Part shown: positions 11,379-23,064 of the stretch, piece by piece
Layout of the letters: each line of letters begins with the position of its first letter
Position numbering within the stretch: the first letter of the stretch is position 1
Assembly (NCBI GenBank): GCA_048013815.1
Contig: CM106585.1
Coordinates: forward strand, 19,034,001-19,098,000
Direction: 5' to 3'
Source of the DNA: Setoptus koraiensis
Lineage: Eukaryota; Animalia; Arthropoda
Length of the DNA stretch: 64,000 bases
The notes under the pieces: model-generated
Told to the model about the DNA's origin: nothing
The model's database searches: none
The model's input: the letters and a program-made list of their open reading frames with translations, nothing else
Program-made: the position numbers and the translations under genes

Positions 11379-13113
11379 ACACATTCCACGACAAAATAAA
11401 CAAAATATAACCAATTATCGTGCAATTATCGTCGTTGGACACCACACACACACACACTTATCTGTCAGTAGCAATTATTTGATCTGCTATTATTTGATTC
11501 CAAAGATGACTGCCAGGCCCAAATCAATTAACTCACAAACCATCGACGCTAAATGATGGTCGCTCGATTGATTGCACAGTGAGTGACGCGACACCAATCG
11601 TGCTGGTTCACCCGACTCGACATAAAAATTAAGAAATTCGAGTTTGAACAGCAACAGATATCACTGACCAGTTGAATTTACACTTCCATTTATCTGCCCC
11701 TGCAAGCCCCTAAAAGCAACCTGCAAGGAACACTCACACATATACGAATATATAAATATACATATATATTTTGAAAATATATCATGATTCCTCTGCCACT
11801 CTTGTATCGTGTGTAGTATATCCTTACTATATTTATGCTATCACTGAAAAATGACTAAAATAAACGACTACTAAACCAAACTAGACCATAACGACGAATT
11901 AGATACCATAATATGATAATCGTAATATGATTATCATATCAGCGAATATGATTAATGAATATCGACGAACATCGAAGAATTTCGAAGAATTGCGAAGAAT
12001 TTCGCGCCAAAAAGTGCAATTTTCAGTCAAACTGCGTGCGCTGCGCGAAGAGAATTTCTTTTCTCGGAGCGCCCTCCTCATGTGCTCAAAGGAACTGATG
12101 CGAAAACACTAAAATTCTTTCAACTGTAGAATGAATGCACTGTCAAAATGAATGACAAGCGCTTGATTGGGTTACAACAAATTTCTCACCATGCTCTAAT
12201 GATGCAAGTGAGAAGCAGTGTCAAAAGAAATCCGCCAGGCGAGTTGTCGAAACTATTAGACAGCTGTCTAATAGATCTAGTTTAGATTTAGTTGATCAAG
12301 TTAGTGCAGGTGAGTAGGCATGATTGGCGCGAACAAATGGCGAAAAAAGGCGCAAACAATGGCCAAAGGTGTGCAATAATCAGGTGATCGCTCTAGCGTC
12401 TACTCCAATTCGAGTGGGCCGTTGTTTCGCCGGATCTTGCCGCTCGAATATCTGGCTTCGAATTCGAACGCATCGGCTGCTTCGAACTCGAACGATCCGG
12501 CTGCTTCGAATCGGGACAATCTGGCCGATTCGAATATCGATCGTTCTCGACTGGTTGGCTCCGTGAGCCAGCTTGTCGCTGTCGAAACAAGCCCAGCCAG
12601 CCAATTAGCGCTTGCGACGTGCTGCCTGGTCGAGCGCGAGCTGGGATATCTCGACTGGTGTCATCTCGCATCATTGATTTCAGACAATGATCCAATCAAT
12701 TAGCGACACGAGCGAGCTGCTAATTGATTGGCGCACCCCACGGCGGACCACGCCATCTAATGGAGCATTCAGAGCGTCTCCTGTGCGACAACGGAAGTTG
12801 CAGCGTCGTAGTTATGCCGTCGTCGCTGATGCTGCCAGCCAGAAATAAATAGGTGTCGCCAATGAGCTAATTAGTTCATCGTTGCCGATACAGCGTGTTT
12901 TGCCAAAGATGCGAACTGATACACATTGGGCGCGCTAATCAACCAATTAGTAATCGGATCAGCCGTAATTCTCTGCTTTCACTAGGCACGGCTAATACGT
13001 GCAAAATAGCGTGTCAATCATGAGCGTGGCGACGGTATGGCGCGTAGTACTCGAGGACAGGTAAGTTTTAGAATTGCTTGTTTGGTGGTGTGTACATCAC
13101 TCTGCCACGATGA

Positions 13114-13121
13114 TATATAAG
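13114..13121 (+). promoter_or_regulatory. TATA box upstream of the His/Lys-rich protein gene
   Basis: TATATAAG about 165 nt upstream of ATG 13282. Confidence 0.55.
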
Positions 13122-13281
13122 GGCTCATGGGAAGCGAGTTTCTCAGGACATTCGTCATCATTGGAAACAGCAACAACAATAGCAAATACAGTGTGATATC
13201 GGATAATTAGAAGTTATTATTGATTGTGCCGAGTTTGCAACGCAAAAGAAACGACACAATCCACCTATCGGTCAGGTAGCG

Positions 13282-14127
13282 ATGCAAAGTAGGCAAAGAT
13301 CAAGCGGGCCAACATTGGCGATAATGTTATGTGGCACGATCGTAGTGTTGATATGTGGTTTTAGTACACTGGCCGAGGCCGCCGGTAGAAGACGACAACA
13401 AGCAGCAACAACAAGCAGCAGATCAACCACGGACACACAAGTGACATCGGTGACCATATCCGGCGATGGCGAACAGCAACAGAGACTAGTGAGGGCCAAT
13501 CAAGACCAAGCTGATGAGCTGATTGCGGTGGACGGCCGATCTAATCAAGATCAATCAATTCAAGAAGATAATGACAACAATGGTGATGATGACGACGATG
13601 ATGATGATGCAACAGTGGATGGTAGCAATGGAAATAACGTTGGAAAGAAAAAGAAGAAAAAGAAGAACAAGAAGGACAAAAAGAAGAAAAAGAAGCGAAC
13701 AACCACTACCAAGAAGCCAGAGAAACAACAAAAAAAGGAAATACATATACACATAAAGCACAAGCACAAGCATTATCATAAGAAGAAGCACGAGAATGAG
13801 AAAAAGAAGAGACCAAAGAAGAAACATCATGATAAACATCATCATCATCATCATAGCAAAGATTATGATTATGACGATTACGATGATCACCACTATGACC
13901 ACAAGCACTCGCCGCCATTATTATATCATCATCACGATTGGCATTATCCTCATTATGGCGGTTATGAGGGTCACAGCGACGAACATTACGACATGGGCGA
14001 TATGGGCGACAAGCACGACGACTACGACAAGCACGGCTCGTTCGAGTCTAAGCGACACACGAAATATGTCATCAAAAACCAGCCAATAGTTATCAATAGG
14101 CCCGTTTTAGTAGCCAAAAAAGTTTGA
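13282..14127 (+). CDS. Secreted low-complexity His/Lys/Asp-rich protein, 281 aa, single coding exon
   Basis: Hydrophobic N-terminus (LAIMLCGTIVVLICGFSTLAEA), then poly-D, poly-K, EIHIHIKHKHKH, poly-H and DYD/HYD blocks, ending YVIKNQPIVINRPVLVAKKV. Mixed codons within the runs and an upstream TATA support real coding. Confidence 0.78.
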   Translation: MQSRQRSSGPTLAIMLCGTIVVLICGFSTLAEAAGRRRQQAATTSSRSTTDTQVTSVTISGDGEQQQRLVRANQDQADELIAVDGRSNQDQSIQEDNDNNGDDDDDDDDATVDGSNGNNVGKKKKKKKNKKDKKKKKKRTTTTKKPEKQQKKEIHIHIKHKHKHYHKKKHENEKKKRPKKKHHDKHHHHHHSKDYDYDDYDDHHYDHKHSPPLLYHHHDWHYPHYGGYEGHSDEHYDMGDMGDKHDDYDKHGSFESKRHTKYVIKNQPIVINRPVLVAKKV

Positions 14128-17100
14128 TCGCAGGTACATTCGATGGAACGAATATATATATATGTTTCAATCACGAGCAAGTAGCATGAAAAAATCCGGC
14201 CACACTGACGCAAACATTGTGTAAATCACGCATAAAAAAGCCAGAGGAAAAAACCCTCCAACTAGCAAGTTGCAAGATAAATTTCGCGTAATTTATGGAT
14301 TCTTCGTGCAATTTTCACTCGATGGCATCCCCTTGTCTCTACCAACCGCCCAACCCCCATTCCTGCTCAACCTCAGCTAAATTATCCGCCACTTTATCAC
14401 TTCTCACAAAGGTGGCGCCCTCTTCGCCACGACTACCCTCACCTGTGTCATCTATTACACTATACTAATACCGTTGACTTGGGCCAGTTTATAGCACCCA
14501 TATATTCGCGTCATATAATATATTGTGATGATGGTTAATTTCCACTGCAGCGGACAACGAGACCGGACCAAAGGAAAGGATCGACCCCCATACAACAGTT
14601 GCCCCCATTTGAGGATACTCTGATCGAGTATCCGACGCGACAGCAGGGCAACAACGCGAAAGGGCAGCCGATCGAAAGGCAGCCAATCGAGAGATACAAT
14701 TAATTGGAAGATCGGATTTTTCACCGGACTGTGTGTGTGAGTTGTTGCCGAGAGAGCCATTAATGTCATTATTAACACCCCATTAGCTCCATCAGTTGGC
14801 CAGTTTCAACGGGCTGAAATCCAATTTGCAGCCCCTCGAGCAGTGCAGTTCCGGCGAGAAATATCAGCAACACATGGACATGGCATGATTGGACACTTCC
14901 TGCCGTCACTTCTCCGTGTTCGTTCGTCTCACGCTCGGTATAAATAACTGAGACTCATCACTTATTAGCACACATTTATAGCTGAACACATTTAATCTGT
15001 ATTTTGGCCACTGATTGCTGACACTAACTGACCAACACGACCAGCCAAAGCGTTGAGCTTACGCAACGAGTGTAGTAAAAGGAGAAAAAATAAAAAGAGT
15101 CGTCAATTTACGAGCTCTGTACTAATAAATAAACACACTTTCTTGTGGCTTCGTGACTTTCGATTCGATTCAATTCAATTCGAATCGATGACAGGTCCAC
15201 TTTTGCTTCTTTCGATCTTTTCTACAGGTGAAGAAAGGAGCGAGAACAAAATTTCGAGAGCGAAATTAGCCGCTAAATATTGTGTGAGAGTCATCATCAT
15301 TGACATGCCTGCACAGTCATGCTGGCCGGTCATGGGGCGAGATTATTATGATTATCACGAGACCGGGAACAAGTTTGAAAGCGTCCATTGTCTTCTCTTG
15401 TCTGTCTGCCGTATTTATTAGGATTTCTCTCGCTCTCTCCGTGGAATTTCTCCTTCTCTGAGGGTTCGTTTCTCTGGAGGGTTCGCTTCTCTGACAATTC
15501 GTTTCGTGGGCCGTTCATTGCGCTGTTCGCGTGCTCGCCATCATCGATCGGCTAACAAGTTGGGTGAAACGGTTGCGTATAACAATGCTAATTAATGCTG
15601 CTGCCGCTGCTGAAAATAGACAGTCACAAGTCAATCAGTGGCAATCGGCGGGCGACCAACCGCTGGCAGCTCAACAACAACAACAGATTTAGCTCGTCAC
15701 GCCACCACGATTTGCGCCGAATTTCACACATTACGTAACAGCAGCATTTCTTTGCTGCTGCAGTGTCTCCGCACATGAATAGAAATGTGAAAAAACTGTG
15801 AATATTTGAAAAGAAAAACTCCACACCGAGCTCAGCCCAACGAAAATCAGCATCGGGCCACTGGTGCCAAGATGGCGCTTAAAACCTCTCGCTAATGTCG
15901 CTGTTCGTGGCGAAAATGCCCGTTTAGCTGGCCGCCTTATTGTGTGGAATCGTTTCGAGAGAAAACGAGGCTCTACCGGCGCTAATTTGAGCCCATCTGG
16001 GGGCGTTGTCGAAAAAGGCAAGCACCAAAAAGGGAGATATCCCTGGAACGGGCGGACATGGAAAGAGTGCGAGCCGACCGGTTGTCGGCACCCATTTTAA
16101 TGCACTGACCCGGACGCGGGTCACAGTTTCGGTGGGGTCAAATGAGGCTCCGGCGAGGGTACAACAAAAAAGGAAAAGTGACACAACAAACACTGTTGTG
16201 AACCTTTATCGGTTTTTTTGTTGTATGTTGTGCAATTTTACTGTGGCCATTAAAGAGAAATGGTGACCAGGTGAAAGGGCCGTTATCGGTCGGTATCACA
16301 ATAATAATAATCGCGCCGCGTTTGGCCATTGTTTCAATGAGACAATTTGCTTGGTTTGTTTTATCTCTTTTTGCTTAATTGGATACCGTGGCAGTGTTGT
16401 GCTGGGCAGGCAACTGGCCTGCTCAGAAGTGGACACAAACAAAGGTAATTGCTATTCATTTCAGCAGTGGGTGCGCTCTCAGGGAGCGCGCCATGATTAT
16501 GTAATGTTTTCAATTATTGATGAGCACACAAACGAACAAACGAACAAACAAACAAACAAACGAACAAACGAAAAAACGAAGCCCAAAAGAACGCGCATAC
16601 TGTGAATAGTGACACAATGGTCAGGCGCGTACGACGAATTTAATTTACGATTCCCAAATGGAGCAAACGATGTAGTATTAAGTGTGTAGTTTTTTAATTA
16701 CCTACACTGGGCCGAGTCGAGAGTGAGCTCGTATCAGCAATCTGTTTGTTCGCGGAAATGTTGTAGCAAATTGCAAATTGCAAGTTGCAAATTTCAATTG
16801 ATACAAACAGACAAACTCGCATGATACGCGGACGCGGACGAGCCGAAAACAACAATTAGTGGCCGGCAATAACATTGTGATATGCTTATGTAAGTGGCCA
16901 GTTTTACAGCCTCAATCTGTGTTTGGCCGGGCCATTGTGGACATCGATTAGTTGACATGAGGTAAATGTCGCCTGTCCGCTCATAAAACTGGCGCCAAGC
17001 AAATGTTAATTGGTCGGCTCTTGTGGCGCAGTTTGGCCGCTTTAAGTTGATCTAATCGCCGGCGCAATCGCCGGCCACAATCTAATCAGCGGTCGTCGCA

Positions 17101-20100
17101 ATTTTTGATCGCATTGGTCGTCGCAATTTTCGATAGCATCGATAGCATCGGTCGTGTCGATTGGTCGATGCCGGCCGGCCGAGACTCGCATCATGCGAGT
17201 CGCAAGTGGAGCACCTAGACGCCGATACATGTTTCGAGTGAATATTTGAATCGCATACAACAGTGCGATGATTGATGCCGTGGTGTGTTGGCCGTGTGCG
17301 CGCAATTGATCACAATCAATTATGAGGGGACAGCTCAATCAAACTGGCCAATCTGGCCGACAATCGAGCGGCCATCTACGGTCTATCTAGGGTCTATCTA
17401 CGGCCGGCGCAGTTATGATAGATGGCCAGCCGAATGGCCGGATAGTCCATCTATCAGAGCGAGCGACAGAGCCAGCCTCTGTCGGTGCGATATTGGCGCC
17501 GATCGCAGCACACCCAGCAACGCTGGCCATGTCCGAAAGGCATTTCATTAGCCGCCATTTGGCCGCTTCGCTGCCGAGTGTCGCTTCGAGAATTTCGGAC
17601 CGAAATCCGCTGCCGAGTCTCGCTCCGAAATTCGCCGCCGAGTCTCGCTCCGAAATCCGCTGCGCGCCCAGTTTCGCCGCCAGTTCAGAGGTCAAAAGCT
17701 GGCGCAAGTTGGCTTTTCAACGTTTGCTACGTTTTCAATTTCAATTTCAATGAGTGGTGATTTATGTATATCAGCGACAGTGAGTTACATGAGCGAGTTG
17801 GCAGCCGTCGCACGCAACTTTTACTGCTTTTACGGCCAACGAAATGGCCCAGTTGTGGCGCATTTGATGAATTGCAATTGACGACGTGCAATTGAGCAAA
17901 TTGAAAAAATCAAATTGGTTCACGTTTTGCGCCCGCGACCGGCCGACAGCGAGCGCCGGTCGCAAGCGGGCCCGATCGTTCGCAAGCGGGCCCGAGCGGG
18001 CCCGAGCTGGGCCAGGCCGAGCCAAAAGTCGCCGTTGACTCTGGCGAGATCCGGCCCTCTTGAAGTCATTTGACGTAATTCGCATTTCGGCTGTTCGCGG
18101 CCGTAAACGCCGACTTGCGTTACAAGCCAGCCGAAACACTCACCTACTCAAATTTATATATGGATAGTCGGCCGACTATTCATATATGATGATATTCATG
18201 TATAAATAAACGTATATTGGGCCAATTTATCACTGGTGCAACATCGCGCAATATACCCGCTGCCGATACTGTAGCGCCGATACTGCATCGGGCGAGCGTT
18301 TATGGCGAAACAACGCGACCAAAGGCAATCATCATCGAAATATTCGCCCCACCGGCCCGCTCGTATATCTAACCGGCTTAGGGCCTTGCGGTTACGTCAC
18401 ATGCGGCGCATACGGCTCACACGGCGCATACGGCGCATACGGTGCGGATATACACAGAGGCAGATATAAACAGAGGCAGATATAGACGGAGGCAGTTATA
18501 AACGGAGGCAGATATGCGGTGGGCCCATATGCGACGGCAATTGAAAGGCGCGAAGAGAGGACGGCAAGCGGCTACGTGCAAAAGATGGGGCGAACATCGG
18601 GCCGGGATCCGGCGGGGATGCGGCGGCCGAGCAGGCCGCAAAGGCCGCGAAGGCCGCCAGAAGGGACGCTTTCTTTTCTTGGCCGACGAAAGGCTCCTCG
18701 GGCCGACCGACGCCGACCGACGAAAGAAAAAAGAGATTTCTCCCAGTTGCAAAGGAGAGAATCGCCTGCGCTGATTCGGAGCTGATACAATACGAACGCA
18801 ACCATATAAATGCAACTTCGGAGCGAATTCTTTGTGTGCGCCTCATCACCTAAATCTCTCGCCAGCCAGCACAATATGATCACGATTTCCAGCACGACAG
18901 CGAGAGAAAGACAAGAAAGAGATAAATCATGACAGCCCATGGCTCACTTACAGCCTGCAAGTTACGGGCCGGCCGACTCACCTTGGCGCAACCGCCGGCT
19001 GACTGTTCGGTCTGACTTGTCGGCAAGATTTATCTCTTGCGCGTGCTTCGGGCAGGTGGCTCGTTGCAGTTTATCCGCACCGAATGAAACCGAAGCCAGC
19101 CGAATTCCAGCTCAAACTGGCACTTTTAGCTGGCGACTGCCGTGAGTTAAAGTGAACTCAAACGAGTTCACTTTAACTGCCAGTTTGCATTCCAGTTGCA
19201 ATCTGCATTCCAGTTTAATTCTCGCCACTCGGTATGTCTAGTCAATTTACACAAACTCACTGCTGCTACTGCTGCGAGTAACAAGTTGGCGGATATATTA
19301 TTATTTGATGAATATGCAAATAACACCAACAAGCAGCAGTACGCCACCGCTCAAGCGCAATCATTGTGCCACAATGGCGTCGTGCCGGGGGGGGGGGGTC
19401 ATCTATTTCAACGCCAGAGGAGCCCCATCGTTTCTTTCTCGCCTGCTGTCAGTGGTCGCACGCAATTGCGCTCTCTGTCGCTGTCCCAGTGTCTTTGCCC
19501 GTAAGCCAACGTGCTCTCAAGGAATCGCTCATGCATGAAGATATATGAGACCGAAAGATTTGCTCGCTCTCGCCGGGCCCCTGTCCCGCTGCACCGCTCG
19601 GGCTACCCATTCTGGGCACTCGCCATTGGCGCATTCGTTGGGCTCGCCGGAGCGGGCAGACTCGTCTTCGGCGGCGCGATCAACGACGACCGTCCACGGA
19701 GCACGGACCCACTGAGAAATCAGTTGTTGTCGAACGGCCGACGCAAAACAAACCAATTGTTTTCTCTGCCAATAATGAGAAAACCAGTGAAAATCAGTGA
19801 AAATCAGTGAAAATCAGTGAAAATCAGGCCCCAATTCCGGCCCGCGCAGACATTCGATACCCAATTCCGATTGATGCCCAATTCCAATCAGTGCCCAATT
19901 CTAATTGATGCCCAATTCTAATTGATGCCCAATTAGAATGTCTGCGCGGAGCCAGAGATCAGTGCGATCATAAGATCAATGCGATAATCATATTAGCAGC
20001 CGAGCCGTGCCCGTTTGGTCATTTGTCGGTCGAGTCGGACAGGCGGATTGGTTGGCCCGCTGCGAGCCGCCCAACTGGCCGCCATCATTGTTGCAACGGC

Positions 20101-22719
20101 ACCGGGTTGCCCGTAAATCGCGATGCAGCACCCAAATATACGCCTAATGATGATACGCACCATCGGATCCGGCACGGGCCCGCCAGCGACGCACACAGCG
20201 GATTGAGATGGACGGATTGGGGCTCTCACATAAATAGAGATACAAATATAGATTGACAGACCAGCACCAGTATCTTTGGGGCCGTTCATTAGGTGGTGCT
20301 CCTATCGGCGGCAGCCAGCACTATACTCTAGCGACTAGAGACACAGTTGTCGGCGAGCAAACAAAATGGGGCGCCGACGCCCATGGTTGAGAGCGGCTCG
20401 GGCGCCTCATGATTCATGAGTCACGAATGAATCAGTATGAATAGGCGAGTGTGTGTTGGTTGATTCGTCGCCTCGCTGACATGTTTATCTGTTAGTCTGT
20501 TTATCTGGCCGACCGACTGACTGACTGGGTTAGTTAGAGACGTTTCGTTCCGACGTTTTTTGCTTACTCAAATTTAAAGAGGGCGCCCACTTGTGTCGCT
20601 CGTGGGCGCCGTCGGATGGGGCGCCGTCAAAGCGTCTGACTCAAACGAGAGCAAGACGCCAGAGTTTCAGTTAGTCCGCAGCCAGTCGTCGATGTTATTC
20701 TATGTAGTCTCGTCGTGATGATAATCAATACTAACCCACCGGGCCCACAAACAGAAGCGATGAAGCGCGCAAATAATTTTCTTGCAAGCATCGTAGTTTT
20801 TCTTCATTGAAAACACGCCCTATCTCGCCAAGTCCCGGCTTTCGGCTGTCGGCTGTCGGCTCCCGGCACGAGAGATACAATAACAACTAGTCCGTTTTTC
20901 CGGCTTTCGCCGGGCATCGCGGCGGCCCCTGGTTGGCGCTGTCGCGGGCCGGCTCGCGGCCTAACTAACCGACGCAACTCCCACGCACACACACACACAT
21001 ACACACACACCACGGGCTGATGAGTTTGTGCCTGGAGCCATGGGCAAATCACACTATTGCACTTCCTCGTTCTCGTTGTTATTGGCACAATTTAACTGGC
21101 AAAACTAACCAAATTTTCATGCATGCTATGCGCGCCCATAATTGTTAGGTAACCAACTCGCTGCACGCTGGCCAATCCGCTGTTTGCCTGGCAAGTGTCG
21201 GGGTTTTTTCGCCCAACCGTTGGCCGACCCAACGTATCAAATCAAATTTTGAGCAGCCCGCCAGCAGCCAACTGCCGAACGGGTTTTATTATTGGCATCT
21301 CTTTTCGAACAAGTTTGCAGCGGGCGGGCCCCAATTGCGAGACTAACCAGAGACTATCCACTAACCACTGACAGCGAACGTGGGCGCGTGCAGCACTCTA
21401 TCATTATTACGTAATAATCAACGGCAGCGATGTTTACTTTTTTACAAATAGACAGAAATTGATACTTCTGGTCCGTTGGCAGCATTGTGCGACAATGCGA
21501 TACAATGTCGGCCAATTGCATCGTGATGCAATGGGATAATGGGCGACAAAAAGAGCATGCAAACAGTCGATTTTGTTGCTGCGCTGCCCGGCCGAAATCG
21601 TCTCGCAGCGCCGTCTGATCGATCGGACGGATCGCCTATCCAAAGCTATCGACAGATCATGGCCAAAGCTATCGACAAATCATATCCGAAAAGATTCTCG
21701 CTGGCCCAATCATTATATGGGTCATTATATCCAGCTCGCACAGAATAATCCGGCAAATATTACTCGTGCTGCCGCAAATATTTTAAACAATAATAGCCCC
21801 ATCTGTCACTGTTGATGTCGTCGGTAACATGGTTGCCGATGGCATTTGATTGATGTTACGTCATGAATAAATCCACCAAGCGGACACGCCACATATGCAG
21901 CGTGCAACCATCAGATGGCGCCAGCGATCGCGTATCGGACAAACTTTTGCACATAAACGTATTATGTAATACATATATATATATATAATGCAACTTGTAT
22001 AGCTTGTGCCAGACGAAATGCCGTGCACTTATGCGATAGGTGTCGCCCTGCGAGCGGCTTCCATCACGGTCATTAATGTTGCCCATTACGTACCGTTACA
22101 ATGGCGCCTCGGCCATGGATATTTGGCCTCTAAGCGAGCAAAGTGAGTAAATACAACTTGCAATTTGCACGTTGCGTCGTCATAATTCATAAGTGGACAA
22201 GTGAGCCAGCCAGCCAGCAAGCAAGCAACAAAGTGGGGCCCAAACGACGACCGACAGATCGGCCATGATCACGTCACACGAGGCGCAACTGGCGAGCGGC
22301 ATGATTAGCGGCGGCGGCCTGGCTGCTCTATTTAATATATTGACGCGCTGGGAGACTAATAAAAATGGGGCCATTGGCGCCCCAAGAAAGTCGGCCGAGT
22401 TTGGCATTATGGCATTATAATGGCGACGGCGACGGCAGCAGCAGCAGGGGCAGCCAAGTGAATCCTCTCAAAGATTCGGCCATCATTTAGCTGGAGGTCA
22501 CACTTGGCCATGCTGCTGGGGTGCCAGTGGGGCGCCAGACTTGTCCACAGTGAAAAGTCGTTGGTCGGGCCGGACGGCTCGATGTCTGGCGCGGAGGCGG
22601 CAGATGGGTGCTGTGCGGCGGTGGAGCCGTTGATGAGCGAATGGCTCATTTGTAGTGCTCGTGTGTTGGCCGGTCGCGGGCCAAATGAAGATAAAGCTGC
22701 CCGGCGCGGCGGACAGCAG

Positions 22720-22830
22720 CGCCGACAGCAACGACGGCAACAGCAGCAACAACAACAGCAACAGCAGCAGCAACAACAGCGGCAGCGACAACAACAACAA
22801 CAACAACAACAGCAACAGCGACAACAGCGA
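22720..22830. repeat. CAA/CAG trinucleotide microsatellite
   Basis: About 35 CAA/CAG/CGR triplets; source of the poly-Q, poly-C and poly-L ORFs in the track. Confidence 0.85.
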
Positions 22831-23027
22831 GGCCAGAGTTTGGGGCCCACGCGACAACAGCGGCAAGACAACAGCAAGGGCGAGCTGAGACGGGGGCATC
22901 CATTACGTAAGGGCCTGACGGACGGCGCCACGTCTCGATGAAATGAAACTATTGAAATATGTGCCGCAGAGGGCGAGCGAGAGAGACTAATATCGATCCC
23001 GACAACCAATAACCAATGACCAATAAC

Positions 23028-23063
<36 letters not shown>
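23028..23063. repeat. (TAA)n microsatellite
   Basis: About 12 perfect units. Confidence 0.9.

Positions 23064-23064
<1 letters not shown>

Noticed and set aside
22407-23009. Poly-Gln, poly-Cys and poly-Leu ORFs
   Set aside because: They are translations of one CAA/CAG microsatellite, with no supporting splice structure or domain.
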